DNA of 64,000 nt, taken from assembly GCA_030265395.1 (NCBI GenBank), contig JARFYF010000104.1, positions 35,755,089 to 35,819,088 of the forward strand. Direction: 5' to 3'. Below, piece after piece: positions 1 through 12,690 of the stretch. Made by a program: the position numbers and the translations under genes. Each line of letters starts with the position of its first letter. Position 1 is the first letter of the stretch. The stretch comes from Rhina ancylostomus (taxonomy: Eukaryota). The notes below the pieces were generated by a model. That model searched no databases, had not been told where the DNA came from, and saw nothing but the letters and a program-made list of their open reading frames with translations.

Positions 1-478
1 CTTATCATCTTGTACACCTCTATCAAGTCACCTGTCATCCTCCTTCTCTCCAAAGAGAAAAGCCCTAGCTCACTCAATCTATCCTTACAAGACATGCTCT
101 CCAATCCAGGCAGCATCCTGGTAAATCAGTTCTGCACCCTCTCTAAAGCTTTATACATCCTTCCTATAATGAGGCAACCAGAACTGAACACAATACTCCA
201 AATGTGGTCTAACCACAGTTTTATAGAACTGCAACATTACCTCACAGCTCTTGAATACCCCAACTAATGAAGGCCAACACACCATACACCTTCTTAACAA
301 CCCTATCGACATGCGCGGCAATCTTGAGGGATCTATGGACGTGGATCCCAAGTTCCCTCTGTTCCTCCCCATTGCTAAGAGTCCTGCCATTAACCTTGTA
401 TTTTGCTTTCAAATTTGATCTTCCAAAGTGTATCACTTCACACTTTTCCACAGAACTCCATCTGCCACTTCTCAACCC
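1..478 (-). mobile_element. CR1 LINE ORF2 3' fragment
   Basis: Minus-strand peptides KCEVIHFGRSN and [27 protein letters not shown] are typical of the CR1 ORF2 C-terminal region. Confidence 0.9.
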
Positions 479-479
479 A

Positions 480-1037
480 GCTTTCTAAACCTTTCCAATC
501 CATGTACCCATCCAACTGTCTTTTAAAAGTTGTTATTGTACCTGTTTCAATCACTTCCTCTGGCAGCTCGTTCCACATACATACATTGGGTAAAAAAGTT
601 GCCCCTTAAGATCCTATCAAATCTCTCCCCTCTCACCTTACACCTATGCCCTCTCATTCTTGATTCCCTGACCCTGGAAAAAAGACTGAGTGCATTCATT
701 CTGTTTATTCCCCTAGTGATTTTATACACCTCTGTAAGATCACCTCTCAGTCTCCTACGCTCCAAGGCATAAAGTCCTAGCCTGTCCAACCTCTCCCTAT
801 AACTCAGTCCCTCCAGTACTGGCAACATCCTTGTAAATCTTTCTGCACTCTTTCCAGTTTAATAATATCTTTCCTATAGCAGGCGACCAAAACCAAACAC
901 AATACTCCAAGTGCGGCCTCACAAGCGTCATGTGCAGCTACACCATGACCTCCCAGATTTATATTCAATGCCCTGACTCATGAAGGCCAACATGCCAAAA
1001 GACTTCTTCACCACCCTGTCTACCTGTGACCCCATTG
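480..1037 (-). mobile_element. CR1 LINE 3' fragment
   Basis: LEGLSYRERLDRLGLYALERRRLRGDLTEVYKI...RGHRCKVRGERF...GNFFTQ. Confidence 0.9.
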
Positions 1038-1589
1038 CGTTGAGCATCCTATTGTCAAAAGCTGACATCAATGCTTTATAAACATTTGATGCATTCAAAA
1101 GTGATGATTTAGTTTTTCTTCTGCTTTGCTCACCCTGGTAATAATTTGTTCTGCATCCTGTTTCTGTGTGTGCAGGTCTGGGAGGGGGGCAAGCATCTGG
1201 GTTAATGAACACAAGCTGCACACTCAAGCAAATTCAGGTCACATGGGGCAAGACTACACTTTAAGCACACTTTGTCTGCTTTGTGCCAAGGCGCGGGATT
1301 AATGTGAGAGACAGGAATGCTTGCTCTTTACTTGGTATAAAACTCTGATTTGAGTGTCTCTTACGAACCCATCTGTCACTAGTAAAAGACAAATATATTC
1401 CTTCACATGGAAATGTTGCAGATGCATGACTGAACAGAAAAAGTCAGCGTTGTCATTAGAGTAATGCCTTCTCACACAACTAAAACAACATTTGCAACTC
1501 CTGCATACTTGAGTAAGACTTTTAAACACCTAACTGGTTTTCACAATGTTGAGAAGCCCCCAGTTTGCACTGTAGGGTTTTAGTACTGG

Positions 1590-1895
1590 CAGAGATTTAC
1601 AGATTTGTTGATAAGCTGCTTCCTCTAGCTGGAGAGTCTAGACCCAATAGGAGAGGGGATTACTCATGTAGGACTAAGTGGAGGAGAAATTTCTTTACAC
1701 AGGAGGTTGGAGATCTATGGAATTCTCTGTCTTCATTGGCTATAGATGCTCAGTCATTAAGTACATTCAAGGTTGTGACTGGTAGATTTTTGTACACAAA
1801 CACAATCAGAGGAATTGAGGATTGGGCATCAAAGTGGAAGAGGTACAAGATCAGAGGATGGTCTATCTCTGCTTGTAATCCTTATATTCTTATGT
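1590..1895 (+). mobile_element. Old CR1 LINE 3' fragment
   Basis: RRNFFTQEVGDLWNSL-like peptide and a CR1-like tail. Confidence 0.7.
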
Positions 1896-2330
1896 TATTA
1901 TTATTAATGGGCAGCTCTGGGAGCACAATTGCTTAGAAATTCATCCGTGTCCTGCAGTATCACATGCTCTATTCAGTGGCACCAACATTTGGCATTTAAT
2001 TCTGAAGTTCAATCCATTGAATACATCTTTTACTATCTGACCAAGAATTATTGTTTGAATAAATGTTAAATTTACTTTATTCATTCTAATCATAACATAG
2101 GTATAAAATAGCTTAGTTTTCTAATATATAAAAATGATACACATAGAATACTGGCAATGTGCTAGATATTATATCCATTACATCTTTAGGTGCATCAACA
2201 TCTTTTGAAATTTCCTCACTAAAACAAATACAAAATTGTTGAAGTACAGATAAAATGGTGGTGGACAGATAGAGAGAAAGATAATAAGAGAGGGGGCATA
2301 GACAAAGGGGAAAGAGAGCAAAATAGGGAG

Positions 2331-2610
2331 TCAAGTCAAGTTGGGTTTATTGTCATAAGCACAAGTACATGTATTCATCGGTGCAATGAACAATTTACTT
2401 GCAGCAGCATCACAGGCACACAGCATTCAAAAGAAAAATATAAACATAAATTTTACACAATTTTTCCAAGGAAGGACACAATTAGAACAAAAAAGTCCAT
2501 TGTAGTGCAAAGTGATCATAGTGTTGCTGTACTGAGGTAAAGTGATTAGGGTTGTGCAGGTTGGTTCAAGAACCAAATGGTTGAAGCAAACTTGATTCTT
2601 GAACTTGGTT
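2331..2610 (-). mobile_element. Rex-Babar-type LINE 3' UTR
   Basis: TCAAGTCAAG tail and TTTATTGTCAT...GCACAAGTACATG...CAGCATCACAGGCACA, homologous to the 3' ends at about 10.7, 19.8 and 38.9 kb. Confidence 0.65.
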
Positions 2611-3059
2611 CTTGAATCAGGGAGGGGAGAGACTGAAAAAGCACAGAGATAGAGGGATGCTGTAGAGAGGGGAGGTGGGTAAGAATCAGAAAGGGGGAGG
2701 AGAGGATGAGAAATTTGCAGGCATTTCCTTCCAGCAAAATTAACGGAGTTGTTGAATCAGTTTCAAGCAGAACAGCTGGAAACCCAAAGGGAGTTAGAAC
2801 TTTGCCACTGGATTCCAAGAGGAGTCCAGAGTTGTGCTGCAGTCAGCAAATTACCAGCGAGGACACCTCAGGGAGTTTGCGACTTCATATGGAAGCTCCA
2901 AACACCATGGGGATATATAACACGTGGAACTACCAGCATTTCTCGGGAAAGTGCAGGCTATTGACAAATAAGATCAAGGAAGACTCTTTGATGTTTTATT
3001 GATACACATCATCCAAGATCCAGCCCATTAGAAACCAAAAGGTTACAACTCTCCTTTAC

Positions 3060-3295
3060 CTGGCCCTATCACCCCTTGTATTATTTAAACCCTCCTATTT
3101 TCTGCATATCACTGACTTTTACTTGTGTTAGTCCCTCTTGTTTCCATCCCATTTAAAAGACATTTGCCACTAATCTTTTGCTGTTCTGAGCAAACGTGAT
3201 TGACCTAAAACTCTGATGTTCATTTCCTTTCCACAGGTGCCGTCTACTAAGCATTCCCAACATTTTCTGTTTTTTTAGAACCTCCAGTGTCTTGC
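3060..3295 (+). mobile_element. Degenerate Penelope-like pLTR fragment
   Basis: TTCTGA...GACCTAAAAC...TTTCCACAGGTGC...CATTTTCTGTTTT resembles the pLTR copies at 15.6 and 31.4 kb. Confidence 0.45.
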
Positions 3296-3429
3296 TTTCA
3301 TAACCTCATGTCTGGAGGCAAAAAGATGTGATCGTGGTTCTTAATTAACAGTCGGCTTCTGTCTTTGTAAACAAATTGGACAATGAAGTCGTTGTAGTTA
3401 ATAAGTGATACTGAATGATAAATATAGAG

Positions 3430-3650
3430 AGGGAGGAAATATCAAGCAGTTGGCTTCTTTGAAAGCAGGTAAAGTCCCAAGCCCAGATAAAATGCATTCT
3501 AGGCTTCAGAGAAGTTTCAGAACTCCATCCATCATTTTCCAATGTTCTCTAACCACATATATAATGCCAGTGGAATATAAGGTTGCCAAAAAGTACTCCT
3601 GGTTAAAAAGGGGCACATCAAGTAATTACAGGCCAGTCTACCTAACTAAA
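3430..3650 (+). mobile_element. CR1 ORF2 fragment (pre-RT region)
   Basis: LKAGKVPSPDKMHSRL...SIIFQCSL...PVEYKVAK...KRG...SNYRPVYLT matches the KSPGPD...NYRPVSLT segment. Confidence 0.8.
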
Positions 3651-3653
3651 TCT

Positions 3654-4067
3654 TTTTTTTCAATCTTTTTTATTAGTTTCAAATCAATATAAATGGTATA
3701 TGATATCAAAGTTTGTACATATCTTACAAAGAGATCTGGTTATCACTCAAATCTTAGATAACCATACAATAAAATATAGAANNNNNNNNNNNNNNNNNNN
3801 NNNNNNNNNNNNNNNNNNNNNNNNNNNNNNNNNNNNNNNNNNNNNNNNNNNNNNNNNNNNNNNNNNNNNNNNNNNNNNNNNCGCTTGGCCATTAGTGTGA
3901 CAAAGGCAATCATACGGTTAGCGGAAGCAGTTAAATGGCCAGATTCAATCCTTGGTAATCCAAAAATTGCAGTAATAGGGTGCAGTTGTAATTCGATCCT
4001 CAAACCCTTTGAAATAATGTTAAAATAATCTTTCCAGTACTGTTCCAAAAGAGGACAGGACCAAAAT
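3654..4067 (-). mobile_element. 5'-truncated L1-clade LINE with poly(A) tail and target-site duplication
   Basis: Minus-strand FWSCPLLEQYWKDYFNIISKGL...HPITAIFGLP (L1 ORF2 C-terminus). AATAAA plus an A tail at the 3654 end. TAACTAAATCT is duplicated at 3643-3653 and 4068-4078. Confidence 0.88.
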
Positions 4068-5211
4068 TAACTAAATCTAAAAGAGTAACATGACCACTGA
4101 CGAGTAATAGTAGCTAAAAATCCACCAGTGAGTGACCATTATTGATTTATTAATACCAGTGGTGAATAACTATCAGCTATTTATTAAAACAATCTATCCT
4201 GAAATAGGAGGAGTCACCTTGCAATAACAGCAAAGAGGTGATGAACCAATAAGTTTCAGTGTTTTGTTCTTGACGATTAAAATTTGTGTAACAAAGCAGG
4301 GTTTTAAACAAACCAAAATCGTCAGGTAATTGCATGCCTCAAAATTATATGTTTAAAATTACTCACTGAATTGCTTGAGTCTTTTAATGTGTTGATTGAA
4401 GTTTTTAATTCAAGGCTACAGCTCATCTCAAAGGCCTAAGTTTCAATGTACTTTTCCCAGAACAGCTGAGGTAAAGAATTCCCTAAAGAATTTGTCATAT
4501 TTTGCAACATGCTCACTCAGAAACCACTCTATTTGACCTTTAATCACATGTTCCTGTCTTTGAGCTTACGACAATAATTTTTTTTCAATTTCCAAATCAT
4601 ATTCTCACATCATGCTCATGAGGTTTTGCTAAAGCTTTGTTATTTTTTCTCTTGCTTTGATATGATAAATAAACAGTAAATTTCATCCAAAAATGCTCCA
4701 AAACTTTTAAACTAAAAGGTCACTTCTGTATTGATGTGAAGTAGTTTTGACAGTAAAATGATAAAAGTGTTACTTTAATTCAGGGGCCTGATCTAATTAA
4801 GGCCCCAGAGTCAATCTATGATATTATTCCAGTCACATTTTAAAAATAACTATGTAGACTTCTGAACAAACCTGTAAACATTAGGTTGATGTAAGCACCA
4901 ACACTGTTTTTCTCCTATTAACACTGAGGGTGAAGCTTTGCTTCCAACCCACATCACCAGTTTACTTTTAGCTCTGAAGTTCAGATCCAATTGTACTGAA
5001 GTCTACACAATGACAAGGATCTACTCAGGCATATTGCCAATCAAACCAGCAAGCAGGAATAACTTTGAATGGATTATCCAGCAAAATAGGTAGCAAAGTC
5101 AGACAATGCACAGTCACCCCCAGCTCTTCTCCTGTCTTCCACCTCGTCATGGACCTTTTCTTTTTGTTCTTTCCTTTTCATTCTTTCCTTTCTCTTCTCC
5201 CTGCATCTTAG

Positions 5212-5500
5212 TAATTGGTAATTAACTTATTATTGTCAAATGTACTGAGATACAGTGAAAAATATTTGTTTTGCATGCCATCCACACAGATCATTCCATA
5301 CATAAGTACATCGAGGTAGTGCAAAAGGAAAAAACAAAGAATGCAAAATTGAATGTTAGAGTTACAGAGGAAGTGCAGTGCAAGTAGACAAGTAAAGTGC
5401 AAAGGCCACAATGAGGTAGATTGAGAGATCAAGTGTTCATCTTTATTATATAAGAGGTCTATTCAAAAGTCTTGTAACAGTGGGATGGAAGCTGTCCCTG
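5212..5500 (-). mobile_element. Rex-Babar-type LINE 3' end
   Basis: Reverse-complement homolog of 28940-29180 (GATGGCATGCAAAACAAA...TTTTCACTGTATCTC...GACAATAATAA). Confidence 0.75.
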
Positions 5501-5743
5501 ATCCTGTTGGCTTAAGAGCCCAGCCCCTGATTACAAGTGGGCCTGGCCCCCAATCCTACCATGGTGGCAGTACACCTTCTTTGGCCCAACCCCGGGCCAA
5601 GTGCAAATGTACGGCTGAGGCCATGTGCGGCCGCGGTCCCTGGCCCAAGTGCACATGCGCGGACGCTGTTCCAAGTTACATACAAAAATCGAGTTACGAA
5701 CAGTCTCAAAAACAGAACTCGTTCATAACCCGGGGACTTCCTG
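5501..5743. mobile_element. Tc1/mariner (Tigger-like) non-autonomous element fragment with one TIR
   Basis: Ends CGTTCATAACCCGGGGACTTCCTG followed by TA, resembling a Tigger TIR (CAGG.AGTCCCCGGGTTA.GAACG) and TA target site. CpG-rich interior with repeated CCAAGTGCA.ATG. The other TIR is not seen. Confidence 0.65.
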
Positions 5744-5772
5744 TATTTTATATTTTGCAGTTGAGTAAATAT

Positions 5773-5850
5773 GATTCACCTGAAATGTTCTTTGGTTCCC
5801 CTTGCACCGCTGCTGCCTGATCAAGCTGAGTACTTCCAGCATTTTCTGTA
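5773..5850 (+). mobile_element. Penelope-like pLTR fragment
   Basis: ACCTGAAATGTT...TGCTGCCTGATCAAGCTGAGTACTTCCAGCATTTTCTGT. Confidence 0.55.
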
Positions 5851-5919
5851 ATCCACAAACCACAATATCCCGCCTTTGTAACTCAATGTGGAGGCAAAAC
5901 AAAGTGTGGTTATGGTTTT

Positions 5920-6275
5920 TAATGAACACTTGCAAAGTCCTCCTCACAACCCTCTGGGGAGTGGTATCTAAACTGGGAGAGCTGTGCCAGAGACTAGTCA
6001 GGCTCACAGAATTATACCTTATAGACAATGTGCCAGACTCCTCCCTCACCATCCTTGATCACTCCGGTCCCACTGGACCACTGCAACATAGCACACCATC
6101 CTGGTTTAGATATATATCATCTTCCCTTCATTGTTGCTGGGACTCACTCCCCAACAACATGAGGGAGGACCCTAGCAGAAGAACTCCAGTGCCTCAAGAA
6201 GGCAGTTCACTACCTTGAGGGCATATAGGGATGGGCAGTAAGTTCTGGCCTGGGCAGTAAGGCCCAGTTTCTGAA
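5920..6275 (+). mobile_element. Internally deleted CR1-clade LINE (APE endonuclease start joined to the 3' end)
   Basis: GVVSKLGELCQRLV..LTELYLIDNVPDSSLTI resembles the endonuclease N-terminus. It is followed by a 3' end (TCAAGAAGGCAG...AGGGATGGGCAGTAA) homologous to 14735-14930. Confidence 0.6.
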
Positions 6276-9194
6276 AAACAAATAAGCAAATACATGGGAT
6301 AAGTCCAGCCTGAATTTGACAAGATTTCGGAACCCCTCATTACTTTGTGGCAGCACTTTATGACAAAACTAATATAAACAACTGAATTGCCTCATGCATG
6401 CAATATATCAAGCAAATTTTAATTATACTGACACTATCCATAGGTGTTTATTAAACTGTATATCTTATAATAAATAATGAGGTCCACGTGTCAAAATCAA
6501 ATTTCAAAGTTAAATTGCATACTTCTCTGGAATATGTCACAGGTGATGGGACAGCACTTAAATCCTCATTTAATCCATTAGAGCACTGCACCAATTTGCT
6601 CCATATTATAGCATTGATATTGTTGTTGGTTCATGGTCCAGTCCATCAATACTCACTGTTAGGATTTCAGTCAAACTTTCATCACAATGGCAAGCTCAAC
6701 AGAATGGTCTGAGTTGATCATGGAGATGTTTTTAAACAAATATATAGCACCCAATACATGTAAGACTCTAGAGTTGCAGAAGAGTTTAGACTTCTGATTT
6801 TCTGGAATGTACAGTGTCCTCTAAAACCACATTGCAACTGTCTCTTCGCACACAAGTACTGCAGTTGTACTGAGCATCACTGATTAATGTAGAGTGATTC
6901 ATACAATGTACCNNNNNNNNNNNNNNNNNNNNNNNNNNNNNNNNNNNNNNNNNNNNNNNNNNNNNNNNNNNNNNNNNNNNNNNNNNNNNNNNNNNNNNNN
7001 NNNNNNNNNNNNAGTCAGATGTTGATTGACAGTGATGTGGCTTTCGACCAGGTGATCAATGGTGTCACGTGACAGCCATGACCCTTCACAATACAACAGT
7101 GAACTCTCTTCTGCTAAAATTCATCCACTGCTACTCCCTCAATCCACCACTTCTTACGTCTCAGTCATTTTCCCCTAAAATGGACAACAGAAACAGGTCA
7201 AACAATCAAATTGTTTCCATCTTGTGTTTCTTACTTTGTATCATTCATGTCTTACTCAAAGTGAAATTGCTTACTTTACATAAATACAAATATGTGAAAT
7301 AATTAATTCCATATAAAAATTACCACAATTTATCACTCAGTTGACTTTGATCGTCAAGGTTATTTGAAGAAAATCTATTCTGCAATTTGTTAGAAGCAAA
7401 AGATTGTACTCCATCAGTATTGCTGTTTTAACTGTGAGGAATCAGGCAGGGATATTAAGCACACTGCTTCTGCTGGAAGTGAATAATCAAAATTCTGCTC
7501 ATCTGAAAGTCTAGACTTTGAGGGAAGTGAAGCCTTCAAATGCAAATATACAGTACGTGTTCAAAGGCATAATCAGCGCTTCAGTTGTTAAACTTAATTA
7601 TTCTATGATGAAACATGTGAAGCATTTTTGCTTTAGAAATTTTGAGAGAACCTTTTGAAGGATTTGTGGGAACACTGTCATTTGCAGACTTGTGATACAA
7701 GTTTTACATCCAAGAGATTGCAATCTCATTACTAGAGCTTTTGTTTTCTTTGTGACCTCATGCCAATCTTTCCCAAATGTGCTTATCATGTGGTCCAGTG
7801 CTTATTACATTAACATATTGTAATATATTCATCAGCTGTCATTATTTATTTGTTAGCGTGTTTGTTTTAAGTATATTAACAGTACACCATTTGAATACAC
7901 TTAGTGTTCCCTAGTTCTTGTAGCAAAGCAACTGATGTACTATCACCTACAACTTAGACAAACAGTAATTTCAATATTTTGTTTAGGAAAGAATTAAATC
8001 CATAATTTCTAACATAAATTCTAAAAAAGGCAAAGACTATCCAATTTGTTCTTTTGTGATTTTAAATTTGTCATGAAATTTGTCAGAAAGAATTAGACTA
8101 CACATTAGGTACATGAGTGTGGAGCCTTGTTTCCCAGTTCAAAATCAGTCTGATCAGATAAGGTTTCATAAATGGAGCTAGAATGATATTTGTACTTTGA
8201 ATAGATAGAGATTATTATGGTGAAGGTTGCCTATAAGATTGGTTGGCAGTTGCAAAGCAAAAAAAAATTTAACACTCATGTCTTTAAAAAAATAACTCGA
8301 TTTCCTTCTGCATTTGCAGAATAACAGATATGCACAACCTTTCATTGTTTTGACGACATTTTCAGTCTTAATTGTTGTTTTGGCTATAATCTAAAATATG
8401 AATGAATTAATAACATGTCATGTGTCCCTCTTGAGTTCACTCCTGTGAATGAACTGAACATTTTAATTTATAAAATTAAACATCACCAAGAAAATCATTG
8501 TAGCAGGAGTGGGGGCAGGTACCCCGCTACAGATTTTTCAAAAATGAATTTAAAAGTTTATGAAAAAAAATGTAGGAAAGACCAAGATTCTTTGAAAAGA
8601 AGTTATGCAAGTTTAGGCTGTCATGAAACATAAGCTGGGTGATTAATATAATCCAGACATTGAGACCTTGTGGGATAGACTCAAAAAAAATCAGATCTGA
8701 AGTGGCCTACTTGAGTTTCTCTGTTCAATTACTGTGCTGCATGAAACAATAAGCACTGAACAACCTAACCACAAATTTACAGGAGGAAACCCCAGCATCC
8801 TCCTGAACAATACTGAGAAAGCTAAGTAATTGTGTGTAACCTCTCCCCAAATCAGTGTCAGTGTCTGTGCTGCCCAATCTCATCTGGGTTGTATCCAGAG
8901 ACAACATCTGCTTGGCAGATATTCAAATCCATGTAAAGCTATCTACTGTAGCTGAGGCTTTTGTGCTTCACTGTTTACTCTGGAATAAAGGCCTTCAGTG
9001 TCCAAAGAGTGCTTCCTATATCGAAAAAAGTACTTGTGCACATAAGCTTAATGACCCCACACACGCTCACTAAATAAATTCAGCTATCTGACAAACACGC
9101 TGAGCTCCATTAAAATTAACAGTAAAAACTTTGCAGAGTCGGGAAACAGTCAAATTAGGCCTCTATTTTTCCTTTGCAAAATGTCAGTTTTGAC

Positions 9195-9480
9195 TCATTT
9201 GAGTGAGACTCCCAGCTGAGTCAGAACATGTGGGTTCAAGTCTTCCTCCAGAGACCTGAACACAGACGTTCAGGCTGACATTTCAGTGCAGTGCTGAGGG
9301 AATGCTTCAGGGTCAGAAGAGCCATATTTCAGATGACACTAAAACAAATGATATCGGAGTGTGTTGTGAACAAATTGACGACTGTGTTTCCCACATTACA
9401 TCAGTGCTAGTTCAAAAATTACTCAAGGTGGCTCTAGAGTACTTGCTCACAAAAGGTGTTATATAAATGCAAGTGCCTTT
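9195..9480 (+). mobile_element. SacSINE1/Deu-SINE-like element, internally deleted
   Basis: tRNA-like head CTGAGTCAGAACATGTGGGTTCAAGTC, body CAGGCTGACATTTCAGTGCAGTGCTGAGGGAATGCT, tail TATATAAATGCAAGT. Confidence 0.75.
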
Positions 9481-10064
9481 TTTGTTCCTTTTATCAATAA
9501 AAGTTAAGTTAGGTGCAATGAATGATTTCTTTCAGTGTTTGTTCTTCATTAATGACCTGGAATTTTACACTATTATGACTGCTCTAATTCTAGGATAAGA
9601 TTTAACTACAGTTTGAATGCATGTCTGCAGGTCAGGTACTCAGAACAAATTTTGCAGTGAAATTAACTGTTTTAAATATGCCCTATCATATTTTTTCCAT
9701 ATTTCTAATTTTCTGCATACAATTAATTATTTATGAAATACAGTCATCCTTGTTATGTGAGCAAAGGCAACAGTTAACTTACACAGAGAATCCCACAAAT
9801 AAGAAGAGTCTTCAGTTATCCTGTTAATTAGTTGTGGTGTCCAAATGAAAAATATAGTTGGGATAAAATCCTGCAGGCTCATCTATATCCAGCTAAACCA
9901 GCAGAACACAAATAGGGCTTTGGTATGGCAATTTAGGAAAAGCAGCTCTCCCTCAGAACAACAGTGGTATTTCAATCAAAATCGTGTATTCAGTTCTGAA
10001 GCAATTCTTAAAATCAAACCTTCCAACAAAGAAATTTCTTAGGAGGTTAAAGAGTTTCGCTTGT

Positions 10065-10752
10065 CACCAAACACTCCAACTTCTACAGATGTACTATTGA
10101 AAGTATCCTGACAGGTTGCATCATGGTCTGGTATGGCAATTTGAATGCACATAGTGTAAAGTACAGTAATGGACTCTGCAGCTTCTTACCTTCCTGTGCT
10201 TTCAAATCTCCCTACCATTGGTAGTATCCACAGGAGGCACTGCCTCAGAAAGCAATATTCATCATCAAAGATCCCCACCATCTGGGCCATGGCATCTTCT
10301 TGCTGCTACCATCAGGCAAGACGTGCAAAAGCCTGAAGTCCCACACCATCAGGTTAAAGAACAGCTACTTCCCTTCAACCATTCAGTTCTTGAACTAGCT
10401 GGCACAATCTTAATCACTACCTCAGTATAGCAACACTATGACCACTTTGCACTCCAATGGACTCTTTTTTGTCTAATTGTGTACTTTCTTGTAAAGTTGT
10501 GCATATTTNNNNNNNNNNCACCACAGTTACCACTTTGATCATTTTGCACTAAAATGGACTTGGTGGTTATTTTTTGTTCTAATTTTATTCTTTCTTGTAA
10601 AAATTGTGCATAATTTATGTTTGATTTATGTTTTTTTGCAAATGCTGCTTATATGATGCCATGTGCCTGTAATGTAGCTGCAAGTAAGTTTTTTCATTGC
10701 ATCTGGGCATACATGTACTTGTGCATATGAAAATAAACTCAGCTTTGACTTT
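10065..10752 (+). mobile_element. Rex-Babar-type LINE 3' portion
   Basis: Degenerate NFYRCTIESILTGCIMVWYGN and IIKDPHH.GH..F.LLPSG....LKSHT.R.KNS.FP motifs; tail AATAAACTCAGCTTTGACTTTG. Confidence 0.8.
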
Positions 10753-12221
10753 GCAAGAATACTATTGACTGAATCAAAAATTTTCAGCATGTGCAGTTTT
10801 TTGCTCCAACCTCAAGAACTGTCCATCTGTTTTATTAATATGCTGTTCTTAATGTTTCTTAAAGTTAATTGTTCCATTAAACAATGCTGCAAGTATGATC
10901 TTTTTAAGTACATATACACAAACTGCAAATTTGAAACATACCACTTTATGGTTTGACATAAGAGGAATTTTAATTAATGGCATACATAACCAGCAGGCCA
11001 AAACTATTCAGTCACAAATCCATAAGCAAAAAGTCACTTGAAACAGGGCAGCACCAATAGACATTTTAACAGAAATAAATACATTGTCACTCCCCAGAAA
11101 CAGCTAGCATTAATGGGGAAAGCAAGAGCAGGAAGAGCATCTACCACAATGAGAACACTCCGAAGCTTCACATTTCTTTGTAGAACAAACACTTAAGTGT
11201 TGACAGAAAATACTGCTGTTATATTGGAATTAAGGCATAAGGAATAGGTTGCATGAAATAGGTGCCACTTTAAGAGATCAAACCGTACAGGAGATTGCAG
11301 AGGTGACAGAGAGCTTTACATGTGACTTTGCACCTACCATGCGGGTCACACACAATTGCTCTGATATGATCTAAGATAGTGAATTGCAACACATAGGACA
11401 AATTGCACATCAATCATTAGAATCACACTCCTCTGAGATCTCAAACAAAACTGGCATGGGTGCACATACAGAGTGCCACTTCAACCACTGCTATCAATGT
11501 TGTGGTTTCTGGACCCTCTTGTTTCTTTCTGGTGTTTCCCCCAACTGTAACAAGAATTGGGGGGGGCAGGGGACGATTTTACACTCGCCCTCAGTTTCAG
11601 CCAAGAAGAAGCTTTCATGAGATGCCAATCCTGCACTGATACTGGTTCGTCCTACCTTTTATTCTGTCACAAAATGCTCAAATCAGTACTGCAGCTGGTG
11701 TGCTTCAGTCTAACTGTTTAAGAGAACCAAGATCACCCAGTGATATGACCTTGGGCTCACCATTATAGACTGGAAAATTCTATCATGACAAATGCCTTAT
11801 CTTTCAATTAAGTACTTTGAGAAAGAATGTAATTTATTTTCTTCTTTTAAACAACATGGTGCTTGCATTAAGATATGCACAGATGCACGTTGAAATCTAT
11901 GGAAACCCCAGAATCCTCCAGATAAGCATCAAATCTCATTTAGACTTTGAAACAAAGAGATAAAGATGCATGCATGTTATTCTGTTTTTTTCTTTTGCAA
12001 GAACTGATGCATTGATTACTTTTATTAAGTTATGTTCACACACGTTTTAGGGCTGTAAAGTCAAGCTCCTATTTGATACAAATTGAATTTTGCATCTTTT
12101 TTTGGCCACTTGAAATGCTTCCTTGCTTAAAATTAAATGGAAATACAAGAAATTTCAGTGCTAAAAATATTACCATACATACATACTTCATCATCACAGG
12201 AAAGCAATTAGAAACATAAAA

Positions 12222-12690
12222 ATTAGCAACAGGAATAAGCCTTCCATCCTTCAAGCCTCCTCAACCATTCATTCAGTCACTTCTGATTCTCTATCTCAAT
12301 TCTATATTCCTGCTCTCTCCTCGTACTCCTCTGTGCCTAGAAATCGATGTACTTGCTGCTCCTTAAAAATACTCAGAGACTTGGCTTCCACAGCCTCTGT
12401 GATAGAGAATTCCACAGGTTCATCATCCTCTGAGTGAAGAAGTTTTTCCTCATCTCATTCCCAAATGCCACAACATATCCTAAGGCTGGGAATGTTTGTT
12501 CAAGACCCACTTTCCCTTCCCTACCCTCCCATCCAAGCAGGGGAAATATCATCCCTGCAACCACAATGCTGAACCCTGTTAGGATTTGGCATATTTCCAT
12601 GAGGTTCCCCTCATTCTCTAAACTCTAGTGAATACCAGCCTAGTTGACCCAATATGACAGTCCTACACTTGCTAAGTATCCAGGAAGCTA
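12222..12690 (-). mobile_element. CR1 LINE 3' fragment
   Basis: EMRKNFFTQRMMNLWNSLSQR. Confidence 0.8.

Noticed and set aside
10420-10620. Apparent tandem duplication of a Rex-Babar 3' UTR
   Set aside because: The junction is an N gap, so a real duplication cannot be told from an assembly join of two copies.
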